Below are positions 1-9,688 of a DNA stretch of 64,000 nt, in pieces. The notes under the pieces were generated by a model. The model worked only from the letters and a program-made list of their open reading frames with translations, did not search any database and was not told where the DNA came from. The number at the start of each line of letters is the position of its first letter. Within the stretch, counting starts at the first letter, position 1. Position numbers and translations under genes: made by a program. Location of the stretch: positions 81,271-145,270 of the forward strand of contig JAIOPO010000005.1 in assembly GCA_021413905.1 (NCBI GenBank), read 5' to 3'. This DNA comes from Candidatus Nomurabacteria bacterium. Lineage in GTDB: Bacteria > Patescibacteriota > Minisyncoccia > Phycocordibacterales > UBA9973.

Positions 1-3000
1 CCTGTTGTACCAGACAAAGTTAAAGTATGAGAACTTCCAGAAAGTGTAGCGCCAGAACCTATTGTTAAAACATTTGAAACAGTTAAATTCCCTCCTAGAG
101 TTTTTGTTCCACCTGTTGAAACAGTCAAATTATAATAAGGAGTAATTGTGCTTGAAATAGTTTGTGTCCCACTTAAATAATAATCCACAGTGGAACCGGA
201 ATTCAAATTTACAGTAGAAAATCCAGAAGGATATGAACCAGCAAAAGTCGAAGCTTCTACGCGAATAGTACCTGTCACATCCAAAGTATTTGAACCACTT
301 GCTACGAGCGCAGTTAGAGGGTCAAAAGTTCCCGCGGACACAGTGAGCGTGCCACTACTTGCAAAAGTCAAAGCCGATGAACCGCTGACACTTTTCACTC
401 CGGTCCCGCTTGAAGTTAAATTATAAAATGTAGTCGTGCCTGAATTTATCGTCGCGTCGCCATTACCGGAAAGTGTGACAGTCGAAGTCGCTTGTGTAAA
501 TGTTCCCGTGCGTGTAAATAAAGTCCCAGAAGTTCCATCTAATGTATAAGAAGCATTACCTGTTGAAGTCAGAGTTCCAGCAATATTAATTTTTCCAGTT
601 ACAATGCCTTCACTTGTTCCAACAGACAAAGTATTTCCGGATAAAATAGAAAGTGTTGGATTGGTATAAGAATTCCCCGTACCTTGCACAGACAAAATAC
701 TACTTGAAACAGACTGCATCACATCTTCATCATTACTAGATGTATAACTTGATAGATTTGTAATAGTTAAACTTGTATTTTGATTACTTCCTATACTAAG
801 CACTCCGGTATTCAAAACCATTCCGGTTATTGCTCCAGAACTTTGTTTTGTAATAGCAGTAGATTCATTTGCATTTGAAACACCATCTACATACACAGTC
901 ACTATATCTCCAGACACAGCCGTAACACTAGCTAAAGTCCAAGTTCCACCAGAAATAGTAGTACTTGTACCAGACAAAGTACCATTTACTGCCACTTTTA
1001 CGGTAGCTCCATTGTTGCCATCAGCTGTTCCTGAAATAGAAATACCGAACCAATTAGTATTATTACTTCCATCATAATCTGTACCGTCACTTGATATTGC
1101 ATTTCCACAAGAAGCATCAGAGCGAGAAACGTTTACATAAGAGACCGCTGTTTGTGTACCAGATACACACATACTCCATGTGCCAGAAACTGCTGAATTT
1201 CTAAAAAATATTTTAGTGCCACTGGCTTGTCCATTAAAATTAATATTGTTAAAAGTATAAGTGCCACCAGATAAATACTGAACACGCACCGATGCTGTGG
1301 TGATAGTATATGTACCAGTCGAAGTCATTGAAGCAGAAAAAATAATTGAAGGAGTAAAACCCGTTCTTTCGTCATCAGATGCATCAGATCCAGAATTATT
1401 TGTAATCGTTAAATTATAAAAAGCAGAACTTGATGTGAGTGTGCCAGAAATTGTTTGTTGCACTGAACCAGAAAGTAACACTGTGCCAGATCTAGCAGTA
1501 AATGTCCCACTATTAGACCAATTTCCCCCTAAAGATATTTGATAATTACTAACTGAAACATCAAGCGTCCCTGAAGAAATTGTTAAATCTCCATTTACTG
1601 TAACCGCTCCTCCAAGCGTAGCCGTTCCTCCTGCTCCTGATTTTGTAAGAGAATAATATGTGGCTGATTTTATAGTTTGAGAACTAGTAGAAGTATATTG
1701 TACAGTGTTACCCGTGGCTGTGGCTGTGAGTGTGGTTATAGTTGGTACTGTTCCAGAAAAAGTAAGGATTGCACTTGTGCCTTGAGTGACCGTCGTAGCA
1801 GAAGCACTTGAGGTCATCGTCAATCCTGTTGAAGTTGTAATATTATTTGTTAAATTAACATAAGAAATTCCCATTGCTGTCACAGCAGATGAATTGCTAT
1901 AAACTACTGTATTACCGGAAGCGCTCGCAGTCAAAGTTGTAATAGTCGGCAAAGAAGAACCGGTAAAAGTTAATATTGCATTTGTGCCTTGAGTTAAAGT
2001 TGTCACTGTCGGTTGTGTTCCTGAAAAAGTTAGACCGGTACCTGTGGTTACATTGTTCGTTAAATTTGTAATTGTAAAAGATTGTGTGCCGGAAATCGTT
2101 TGCGCATTTGTATCAAAAGTCCATGACCCTGAACCAGATTGAAAAGTACTTGTCGTATTATTAGTGAGTCCACCTCTAAAAACACAAGGACTATTTGCGG
2201 AAATATTAAAAATTGCACCGGAATTTACTGTTACAGTTCCAATAAAAGTATTAGTGCCTGTTACATTAGAATCTGTAAAATTACCTCCAGCACCAGTAAT
2301 AGTAGTTGTACCGGTCACAGTCAGGGTGGCATTAGCAATACTAAATGTTATCGCTCCAATAACCAAGTTTCCTCCTATAGTAACATTCTTTGCTCCACTA
2401 AATGTAGCATTTCCAGTAGCATTAAAATTGCCCGATGTCGTTAAATCTGAAGATAAATTAATAGGATTTGCATTATTAGAACTAAAACTACCCCAAACTG
2501 CTCCATTTGTATTTACTGTTACACCTGGACGAAAATCTAAACTCACATTAGAAACATGAGCACCTGCTGTCGCAGTCACAGTCCCATTAACTCTAAAAAG
2601 AGTTGTTCCAAATTGGACATTGTTATCCACAACAAGCATATTAACTGATGAGTTCAAACTAATATTGATAAGATTAGTGCTAGATGAAAATGAACCCGTG
2701 TATCCAGAAAAAGTTAAAGATTGAATTGTAATACCTGATGAAACAACAGAATCAGCATTTGCTGTAGTTCCTACACCATCAAAACAAACATCATCAGTAG
2801 ATCCCGGAGCAGCGACACGAATCGTCCCTCCTGAAGTAGCAGCCCAGTTTGTGGTAGGGCTAGCAGTCCAGCTTGTTGTTGTTCCACCTCCTATCCAATA
2901 TTTAGTACATGCCGCCGCCGCACTATGCGCAGAAAAAATAAAACAACAAAATGCAAAAACTAAAATTGCAAAAAATTTATAATTTATTTTCCTGAACACA

Positions 3001-3008
3001 ACATTCAT
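1..3008 (-). CDS. Large secreted/surface protein, Thr/Ser/Gly-rich, beta-helix or adhesin-like; partial, runs off the left edge (>1000 aa)
   Basis: Absent from the ORF track because it has no stop in the window. ATG at 3008 begins MNVVFRKINYKFFAILVFAFCCFIFSAHSAAAACTKYWIGGGTTTSWTASPTTNWAATSGG (signal peptide). The same frame still reads ..GSGATLSGSSHTLTLSGTT at position 3. Repeated (F/Y)YNLT and TLGGxxTV motifs. Confidence 0.85.
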   Translation of the reverse strand, partial: MNVVFRKINYKFFAILVFAFCCFIFSAHSAAAACTKYWIGGGTTTSWTASPTTNWAATSGGTIRVAAPGSTDDVCFDGVGTTANADSVVSSGITIQSLTFSGYTGSFSSSTNLINISLNSSVNMLVVDNNVQFGTTLFRVNGTVTATAGAHVSNVSLDFRPGVTVNTNGAVWGSFSSNNANPINLSSDLTTSGNFNATGNATFSGAKNVTIGGNLVIGAITFSIANATLTVTGTTTITGAGGNFTDSNVTGTNTFIGTVTVNSGAIFNISANSPCVFRGGLTNNTTSTFQSGSGSWTFDTNAQTISGTQSFTITNLTNNVTTGTGLTFSGTQPTVTTLTQGTNAILTFTGSSLPTITTLTASASGNTVVYSNSSAVTAMGISYVNLTNNITTSTGLTMTSSASATTVTQGTSAILTFSGTVPTITTLTATATGNTVQYTSTSSQTIKSATYYSLTKSGAGGTATLGGAVTVNGDLTISSGTLDVSVSNYQISLGGNWSNSGTFTARSGTVLLSGSVQQTISGTLTSSSAFYNLTITNNSGSDASDDERTGFTPSIIFSASMTSTGTYTITTASVRVQYLSGGTYTFNNINFNGQASGTKIFFRNSAVSGTWSMCVSGTQTAVSYVNVSRSDASCGNAISSDGTDYDGSNNTNWFGISISGTADGNNGATVKVAVNGTLSGTSTTISGGTWTLASVTAVSGDIVTVYVDGVSNANESTAITKQSSGAITGMVLNTGVLSIGSNQNTSLTITNLSSYTSSNDEDVMQSVSSSILSVQGTGNSYTNPTLSILSGNTLSVGTSEGIVTGKINIAGTLTSTGNASYTLDGTSGTLFTRTGTFTQATSTVTLSGNGDATINSGTTTFYNLTSSGTGVKSVSGSSALTFASSGTLTVSAGTFDPLTALVASGSNTLDVTGTIRVEASTFAGSYPSGFSTVNLNSGSTVDYYLSGTQTISSTITPYYNLTVSTGGTKTLGGNLTVSNVLTIGSGATLSGSSHTLTLSGTT

Positions 3009-3096
3009 ATGTAATAATTATACCATTTGAGAATTTAGATTCAAAGGAATATATAAAAAATATTATTGAAAATATTTTTTATAACACTAAGGTTTG

Positions 3097-3170
3097 TCCA
3101 CCCTCTTGGATTCGAACCAAGGACCCCAGAGGTATAAGCTCTGTGCTCTAACCAACTGAGCTAAGGGTGG
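3097..3170 (-). tRNA. tRNA-Ile, anticodon UAU
   Basis: Acceptor CCACCCT/AGGGTGG, D arm GCTC-AGTTGGTTA-GAGC, anticodon arm CAGAG-CTTATAC-CTCTG (TAT at 3134-3136), T arm CTTGG-TTCGAAT-CCAAG, discriminator A. CCA not encoded. Confidence 0.95.
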
Positions 3171-3254
3171 ATAAACAAATGTTTAAGATAAACATTTGTT
3201 ATTGGCTATTTAAATACATTATATTATTTTTAACAAAAAAAACAAATACAAAAT

Positions 3255-5162
3255 CTACACTTCAAGTTTCTTTGGCAAAATACCATTTGCTATGATTATT
3301 TTTTCATAGTCTTCTTGCTCAAGAGTTTCAACTTCAATAAGCTTGTCAGCTATTGCTTTCAATGCTTTTTTGTTTTCAGTCAAAACTTTTTCTGCGGATT
3401 TCAAACCATCATTTATGATTCTTGAAACTTCAGAGTCAATCTTCATAGCGATGTCTTCTGAATATTCTTTTTCAACTGGATCATTCCATTGAGACTTTCC
3501 GCCATCACTGCTGAGAGCCACAGGTCCGATAACATCCGACATCCCCCACCTCGTCACCATAGCGCGAGCGAGGTTCGTCGCCACTTGCAAATCACTCGAA
3601 GGTCCTGTAGTAATATCTCCGAAAATCATTTTCTCCGCCACATATCCGCCAAGGGACATTGCTATGTCATCTATAAATTCTTTTTTGGATTGCAGTTTTC
3701 TTTCTTCGAGTGGAAGCTTCATTGTGTATCCGCCTGCACGTCCGCGAGCAACAATAGAAACTTTATGCACAGGGTCAGCGTATGGCAAGACAGAAGCCAC
3801 GAGCGCATGCCCCGCTTCGTGATATGCAGTAATTTCTTTTTCTTTTTTAGTAAGTAAATGACTTTTTCTTTCAGGTCCCATCATCACTTTTTCTATGGAG
3901 CGTATCAAATCAAATTGAAAAACTTTTTTTCTATTTTCACGCGCTGCCAATATCGCGGACTCATTCATAAGTGAAAACAAATCTGCGCCAGAAAAACCAG
4001 GTGTTCTCTCCGCAATTAATTTCAAATTGATATCTTCAGCCAATGGCTTTTTTAATGAGTGAATTTTTAAAATTTCTTCACGGTCTGCACGGTCAGGTAA
4101 ATCAAGAATAACTTTTCTATCGAAACGTCCCGGGCGAATGAGCGCAGGATCCAAAACATCCGGTCTATTTGTCGCCGCCATTACTATCACTTTATCATTT
4201 GGTTCAAAGCCATCCATCTCCACCAAGATTTGGTTCAATGTCTGCTCACGTTCGTCATTACCCCCACCAAAACCTCCTCCGCGAGTACGCCCTATCGCGT
4301 CTATTTCATCCACGAAAATAATAGCTGGAGCGGATTTCTTTGCCATTTTAAAAAGATCACGCACTCGACTCGCTCCCACACCCACAAACATTTCCACGAA
4401 TTCAGAACCGGATAAATGGAAAAATGGCACGCCTGCTTCCCCTGCTACGGCTCTTGCTAATAAAGTTTTTCCTGTACCAGGTGAACCAGTCAAAATAACT
4501 CCTTTTGGAATTCGCGCACCAATATCCAAAAACTTTTTCGGTGCTTTCAAAAAATCAACGATTTCTAAAAGTTCCTGTTTAGCTTCCTTATTGCCAGCGA
4601 CATCTTTAAATGTGACTTTGCTATTTTGATCATTTGGATCTGTTATGCGTGCTTTTGATTGACCGAAAGTAAAAGCTTGCATGCCTGAGCCTTTTACTTG
4701 TCTGGACATATACCAAAAGAAAAAAATTACAAAAATTACAGGTAGAGCAAATGGTAAAATATTTCCCAACCAAAACAAAACACCATTATCACTCTTTATT
4801 TTTACTTCAACAGCCTGCACAGCTTCGGCTTTTACACCATAATTATATAAAGTCTGAGATAAAGAAGACTCTATTTCTTTTTTAGATTTTTTAACATCGC
4901 CATTTTTGTATGCGATATTTAATTTATCAGCTTCAACAGCAATACTTTTCACTTCTCCAGAAGAAACACTTTTTGCTAAATCAGAAATAGGTATCTCTGG
5001 TATTTCTTTTGAAGAACTAGAAATTACCAAATATAAACCAGTAATCAGCATAAAAATCATAACTGCACCAAATATATTTCCAGTAAAATTTGGCTCTGCA
5101 TCTTTCTTTTTTCCTTTTTTATTCTCTTGTTTATTATTTAAAAAATTTAAATCCATTTTCAT
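3255..5162 (-). CDS. ftsH: ATP-dependent zinc metalloprotease FtsH
   Basis: Two TM segments, Walker A GSPGTGKT, Walker [37 protein letters not shown] zinc motif. Confidence 0.98.
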   Translation of the reverse strand: MKMDLNFLNNKQENKKGKKKDAEPNFTGNIFGAVMIFMLITGLYLVISSSSKEIPEIPISDLAKSVSSGEVKSIAVEADKLNIAYKNGDVKKSKKEIESSLSQTLYNYGVKAEAVQAVEVKIKSDNGVLFWLGNILPFALPVIFVIFFFWYMSRQVKGSGMQAFTFGQSKARITDPNDQNSKVTFKDVAGNKEAKQELLEIVDFLKAPKKFLDIGARIPKGVILTGSPGTGKTLLARAVAGEAGVPFFHLSGSEFVEMFVGVGASRVRDLFKMAKKSAPAIIFVDEIDAIGRTRGGGFGGGNDEREQTLNQILVEMDGFEPNDKVIVMAATNRPDVLDPALIRPGRFDRKVILDLPDRADREEILKIHSLKKPLAEDINLKLIAERTPGFSGADLFSLMNESAILAARENRKKVFQFDLIRSIEKVMMGPERKSHLLTKKEKEITAYHEAGHALVASVLPYADPVHKVSIVARGRAGGYTMKLPLEERKLQSKKEFIDDIAMSLGGYVAEKMIFGDITTGPSSDLQVATNLARAMVTRWGMSDVIGPVALSSDGGKSQWNDPVEKEYSEDIAMKIDSEVSRIINDGLKSAEKVLTENKKALKAIADKLIEVETLEQEDYEKIIIANGILPKKLEV

Positions 5163-5211
5163 ATATTATCATAAAATTACAAATAAAAAAAGGACATGAT
5201 TTCTCATGCCC

Positions 5212-5553
5212 CTATTTTTTTATTGGATAATATCCTTTGGCAAAACAAGTGCCAGTTTGGACGATTACAATCAATTTATCCTTTTGATAAAAATACTTAA
5301 AACCAAATTGTTTAGCAAATATAATTGACTCTTTGTTTGAAAGATGTAAATCTTTACATAAAGTCATCCCATGCTCAAAACAAATTGTGTCTCGTTTATT
5401 TTCTTCTTCAACAGGATAATCGACAGTACGAACAGGATTTATAACTTCTTTGTTTTTTTTATTACATTTACTCTGAGTAAATAAATAGAAAAACAACAAA
5501 ACGAAAACCGAAGTTAAAACAAGACCCCACTTATTTTTTAATTTACCAGACAT
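5212..5553 (-). CDS. Hypothetical membrane-anchored protein
   Basis: 113-aa ORF with an N-terminal hydrophobic helix, preceded by AGGAGG (5558-5563). Confidence 0.7.
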   Translation of the reverse strand: MSGKLKNKWGLVLTSVFVLLFFYLFTQSKCNKKNKEVINPVRTVDYPVEEENKRDTICFEHGMTLCKDLHLSNKESIIFAKQFGFKYFYQKDKLIVIVQTGTCFAKGYYPIKK

Positions 5554-5624
5554 AACGCCTCCTTTTTTTTAAAAAGATTAAACAACATCGTTCTAACAAA
5601 ACGATAGCATAAAATTAATTTTTG

Positions 5625-6014
5625 TGGAACTGACGAGAATTGAACTCGTGTGCAGAAGGTTTTTGCAAAGAAGTCTACATATTTAGCGCATTTTTTTGTT
5701 TAAATTTTAAAATTCTTAAATGAACAAAATATTTTAAAATCGAGTTCTAAATTTTAGTGAAATATGCGAACAAATATTTCCTTATCCCGATAATATTATA
5801 CCCATTCTCATATATCGGAAGTCTATGAGATGGACACCAGTTTGGCTTACGCGAAAGCTGGAGCGAAAGCAAAATCATTCATACCGAAGTATGGTGATGC
5901 TTTCACTTTAGAAGCTAATTTTGCAATTAACATTTGAACTAAGTTTTACGAGATTACGTTCATTCTCGATATGCATCAATAGCAAAAGGCCCACTGTCTA
6001 TGCCTTGCAGTCCC
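5625..6014 (-). ncRNA. ssrA: tmRNA
   Basis: 5' GGGACTG pairs with 3' CAGTTCC-A and gives the G3.U70 Ala determinant. T arm ACGAG-TTCAATT-CTCGT. Tag ORF 5924-5847 reads AKLASKVKASPYFGMNDFAFAPAFA*. Lies directly downstream of smpB. Confidence 0.95.
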
Positions 6015-6026
6015 AATATTTTATTT

Positions 6027-6473
6027 TCAACGTCCTTTATATTCTCTACGAAGCTCTCGGTCTGTGTCGCGTTTTTTTGTAGTTTCACGTTTATCGTATT
6101 TCTTTTTTCCTTTAACCAAAGCTATTTTGACTTTGATTTTTCTACCTTTATTATACACTGCTATTGGTACTATAGTCAAGCTTTTGTTTTTTTCAGTTTC
6201 TACGAGTTCTATGATTTCTTTTTTCGTCAGTAATAATTTTTTATTTCTTAAAGGATCATAATCTTTAGGTGCATTTTTTACTTGATATGGCGGAATATTT
6301 GCATTAATTAAAAAAGCCTCCCCCCCACGGATAACAATAAAAGCCCCTTCGAGAGACATTTTGCCATCACGAACTGATTTTACCTCAGTCCCTAAAAGCT
6401 CAATGCCAGATTCGTAGTTTTCCAAAATCTCATAATCAAAAAGCACTTTTCTATTTTCAGCATAATTTGCCAT
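6027..6473 (-). CDS. smpB: SsrA-binding protein SmpB
   Basis: NRKVLFDY, GIELLGTEVKSVR, KGKKKYDKRE motifs. Start moved to ATG 6473. Confidence 0.97.
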   Translation of the reverse strand: MANYAENRKVLFDYEILENYESGIELLGTEVKSVRDGKMSLEGAFIVIRGGEAFLINANIPPYQVKNAPKDYDPLRNKKLLLTKKEIIELVETEKNKSLTIVPIAVYNKGRKIKVKIALVKGKKKYDKRETTKKRDTDRELRREYKGR

Positions 6474-6520
6474 ACACACATAATATCATATTTGAATTTT
6501 TTTTATGTTAAAATAAAAAA

Positions 6521-7888
6521 ATGTCAAAATTAAATGTTTCTGGATATAGAGGAATATGGGGACAAGATTTAAACGAAAAAATTGCTTTTGAATATGGTTT
6601 GGCTTTTGCAAGATTAATAAAAAGTCAGCAACCAACAAAAAAATGTAAAATTTTAATAGGTAGAGACGCACGAAAAACAGGACCGCAAATATTGGAAGCT
6701 TTTCGGCAAGCATTTGCAAAAGAAAAAATAGATTTTGAATATGCAGGGATTATACCTACTCCTTCGATATTATTATTGGTTAAAAAATTATCTTTCGATG
6801 GAGGTGTGATGATCACTGCTTCGCACAATCCTCCTGAATACAATGGAATGAAGTTCATAAACAATGCAGGGCTTTTTGCCACGCAAGATGAAATTGAAAA
6901 AATAATAAATCTACTCCCCCTTCAAGAGAAGAACCAAGTAGTCAATCTTGAGGTCTTGCCTAAAGAGTTTGAAAACGAAAAATACAGAAAAATACACATA
7001 GATGAAATATTGGAAAATGTGGATATTGAAAAAATAAAAAGTAAAAAATTCAAAATCGCGCACGATCCGATAAATAGTGCCGGCAGTGTCATCACAATGG
7101 AATTACTACAAAATTTGGGTTGTGAAGTTTTTCAAATAAATGAAAACCAAAACGGAGATTTTGCTCATATACCGGAGCCTATCGCGCAAAATCTAGGACA
7201 ACTGTCTGAAGCTGTAATAAAAAACAAAACTGACATAGGTTTTGCTCAAGACCCGGACGCAGACAGATTGGTAATGGTAAATGAAAAAGGAGAAATATTA
7301 AACGAAGAATACACATTAGCACTTGCAATAAAAAATATTTTACAAAAAAATTCCAAAGAAAAAAATGCTGTGGTTATAAATATGTCCACTTCAAATATAT
7401 CTGCAGATATTGCAAAAGAAAATAATGCGGAAATCTTTCGCACAAAAATCGGTGAAGCAAATGTGGTAAACAAAATGAAAGAAATAAATGCAATTATCGG
7501 AGGTGAAGGTAGTGGTGGTGTTATCTATCCAAAAATAAATACTGCGAGAGACAGTCTAGTAGGTATTGCTCTCACTCTTGAACTAATGGCAAATTTAAAT
7601 AAAAGTATTTCTGAAATAATAAATGAATTTCCTAAATATTTCATAAAAAAAGACAAAATTGCTTTTACAGGAGAATTGAATTTAATTTATGAAAAAATGA
7701 AAAAGACTTTTGAAAATGCTGAAATTAATACATTGGACGGCCTCAGATTTGACTGGAATGATTCTTCTTGGTTACATATAAGACCATCCAACACAGAGCC
7801 AATAATACGTATATTTTGTGAAGCAAAAAGCCAAAAACGCATAGATACCATATTGGAACAAATAAAGTTGACTTTAAGCGAGCAATAA
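6521..7888 (+). CDS. Phosphohexomutase (GlmM/PMM-PGM family)
   Basis: TASHNP phosphoserine loop, DPDADR metal loop, GEGSGG, IRPSNTEP. Confidence 0.9.
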   Translation: MSKLNVSGYRGIWGQDLNEKIAFEYGLAFARLIKSQQPTKKCKILIGRDARKTGPQILEAFRQAFAKEKIDFEYAGIIPTPSILLLVKKLSFDGGVMITASHNPPEYNGMKFINNAGLFATQDEIEKIINLLPLQEKNQVVNLEVLPKEFENEKYRKIHIDEILENVDIEKIKSKKFKIAHDPINSAGSVITMELLQNLGCEVFQINENQNGDFAHIPEPIAQNLGQLSEAVIKNKTDIGFAQDPDADRLVMVNEKGEILNEEYTLALAIKNILQKNSKEKNAVVINMSTSNISADIAKENNAEIFRTKIGEANVVNKMKEINAIIGGEGSGGVIYPKINTARDSLVGIALTLELMANLNKSISEIINEFPKYFIKKDKIAFTGELNLIYEKMKKTFENAEINTLDGLRFDWNDSSWLHIRPSNTEPIIRIFCEAKSQKRIDTILEQIKLTLSEQ

Positions 7889-7933
7889 GCTATTATTCTA
7901 AATACCTAAGGCCCCAAAGGCTTTATAATAAAA

Positions 7934-8440
7934 TTGCGTGAAAGAATAAACAATCAAATAAGAGCCAAAGAACTTCGAGTTATCGACAACGAAAACAAGA
8001 ATATTGGCGTCTTGAGCTTCAAAGAAGCTTTAGATATGGCCCAAAATATGGGTCTTGATTTGATTGAAATTTCTCCAGAAGGTAACCCTCCTGTCGCAAA
8101 AATAGCGGATTTCGGTAAATATCAATACGAGCAAAGCAAAAAGTTAAAAAAAGCTAAAGCTAATGCTAAATCTACCGAAACAAAATCCATACAAGTAAAG
8201 ATCGGCACTGGTGACCATGACCTTGAACTAAAAGCAAAAACTGCTTCAAAATGGATCAAGGAAGGTCATAGAATAAAAGTCGAGCTTTTCCTTTCAGGAC
8301 GAGCAAAATACATGGATGAAAAGTTTTTAAGAGAAAGATTAGACAGAGTTTTGCACTTAATAACAGAAAATTACAAAATTTCTGATTCATATAAAAAAGG
8401 TCCAAAAGGTATAACTGTTACAATAGAAAAAGACAAATAA
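7934..8440 (+). CDS. infC: Translation initiation factor IF-3
   Basis: [15 protein letters not shown] and [14 protein letters not shown]. Non-ATG start (TTG, or an upstream ATA), as is usual for infC. First gene of infC-rpmI-rplT. Confidence 0.96.
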   Translation: MRERINNQIRAKELRVIDNENKNIGVLSFKEALDMAQNMGLDLIEISPEGNPPVAKIADFGKYQYEQSKKLKKAKANAKSTETKSIQVKIGTGDHDLELKAKTASKWIKEGHRIKVELFLSGRAKYMDEKFLRERLDRVLHLITENYKISDSYKKGPKGITVTIEKDK

Positions 8441-8463
8441 TTTTAAAATAAACAAAAAAATTT

Positions 8464-8658
8464 ATGAAAGGAATGAAAACAAACAAATCATATGCAAAGA
8501 GATTAAAAATTTCCAAAAATGGAAAGATTAAAGCTCGCAAACCTGGCTTTAACCATTTCAATGCGAAACAATCCCGTAACACACAACTAGCTGGCAGAAA
8601 AGGCACTAATTTTGTTATCAAGAACAAACCGAAAAGTCATTTGTTGCCTTTCAGTTAA
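8464..8658 (+). CDS. rpmI: 50S ribosomal protein bL35
   Basis: MKTNKSYAKRLKISKNGKI; lies between infC and rplT. Confidence 0.93.
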   Translation: MKGMKTNKSYAKRLKISKNGKIKARKPGFNHFNAKQSRNTQLAGRKGTNFVIKNKPKSHLLPFS

Positions 8659-8681
8659 TTTATAAATTTTAATTAAATCAT

Positions 8682-9026
8682 ATGACAAGAGTAAAAAAAG
8701 GAGTACATGCGTTAAAGAGAAGAAGAAGTGTTTTAAAACAAACAAAGGGTTTTAGACATGGACGAAGCACAAAAGAAAGACAAGCAAAAGATGCTTTACT
8801 TCACGCTGGAGCTTATTCTTTCGCACACCGTAAAGACAAAAAAGGGCACAATAGAACTCTTTGGAATATTAAAATCAATGCTGGTTCTCGTGAGCTCGGC
8901 ATGACTTACTCCACACTTATCTCTGCATTAACTAAAAAGAACATAATGCTAAACCGCAAAATGCTCGCAGACTTCGCAGAAAATCACCCAGAAACATTTT
9001 CTCGAGTTATCGCAAACGTAAAATAA
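8682..9026 (+). CDS. rplT: 50S ribosomal protein bL20
   Basis: MTRVKKG..RTLWNIKINA..LNRKMLADFA. Confidence 0.97.
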   Translation: MTRVKKGVHALKRRRSVLKQTKGFRHGRSTKERQAKDALLHAGAYSFAHRKDKKGHNRTLWNIKINAGSRELGMTYSTLISALTKKNIMLNRKMLADFAENHPETFSRVIANVK

Positions 9027-9034
9027 ATACTATC

Positions 9035-9065
9035 AAAAAGCCCCCGCCGTAGGCGGGGGCTTTTT
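9035..9065. terminator. Bidirectional intrinsic terminator
   Basis: AAAAAGCCCCCGCC-GTA-GGCGGGGGCTTTTT between convergent rplT and the LOG-family gene. Confidence 0.9.
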
Positions 9066-9067
9066 GA

Positions 9068-9670
9068 TTACATCTTAAACTCTGCGATTTTGTCTTTCAT
9101 CACCAGCTCGATGACTTTTGCTACGAGAACTTTCGGATCTGAATCAAAAACAATTTTATCATTTGTCCTGTGTCCTTTTTCAATAATAACCTTCAATTCT
9201 TCAGCCATTTCCCAACCTGGATCTTCTAAAACTCCAATAGGTTTACCATCCTCAAAAGCCACGGTAAATTCGTGAATAGTACCAATACGTCCGCAACCAA
9301 TAAATATCGCATCAGTGGAACGCACGAGCAAGATATCTCGCATTGCGTAACCAAAACCTGTATAAATAACTAAATCCATATAATCCACAGGAAGTTTATA
9401 AACTTCCACATGTTCTTTTTCAGTTGCAGCTGGTGAAAGCCCAATAGAAATACCTCCCACTTCTTTCGCACCCATAGCAGACCATAAAGGAAAACCTGTA
9501 GTAGCACCTGTGACCAATATCCCCCCTTGTCGCACTATTTCTGCACCAAGTTCTTTTGCTTTTCTTAATGCATCATTACCACAATGCCCTGTATCTGCTG
9601 CTCCTGAAACACAAAGTTTTAATTGTCTATGCCCATGTTTTGCATAGGGATTTGCTGAAAGTATATCCAT
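9068..9670 (-). CDS. LOG/SLOG-family nucleotide-binding protein
   Basis: Rossmann-like VSGAA, LVTGATTG, TGFGYAMRD, GRIGTIHEF (GTxxE motif). Confidence 0.85.
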   Translation of the reverse strand: MDILSANPYAKHGHRQLKLCVSGAADTGHCGNDALRKAKELGAEIVRQGGILVTGATTGFPLWSAMGAKEVGGISIGLSPAATEKEHVEVYKLPVDYMDLVIYTGFGYAMRDILLVRSTDAIFIGCGRIGTIHEFTVAFEDGKPIGVLEDPGWEMAEELKVIIEKGHRTNDKIVFDSDPKVLVAKVIELVMKDKIAEFKM

Positions 9671-9688
9671 AAAATTATTTTAACATAA

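Noticed and set aside
190-2559. Plus-strand ORFs 190-426, 2139-2444 and 2164-2559
   Set aside because: Antisense shadows of the long minus-strand surface protein gene, with no recognisable motifs. The same applies to the many short ORFs overlapping ftsH, tuf, fusA, the ribosomal genes, gatA and secD.
3174-3200. Palindrome AACAAATGTTT-AAGAT-AAACATTTGTT just 5' of the tRNA as an att site or mobile end
   Set aside because: It is upstream of the tRNA rather than at the 3' end, and there is no duplicated tRNA fragment or integrase. More likely a leader hairpin or the ftsH terminator.
6027-6029. Alternative genetic code (UGA = Gly, as in Gracilibacteria/Absconditabacteria)
   Set aside because: TGA ends smpB and gatC at expected lengths, and conserved genes are intact under code 11.
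7925-7936. Non-ATG start of infC as a novelty
   Set aside because: Non-canonical initiation of infC is established autoregulation.
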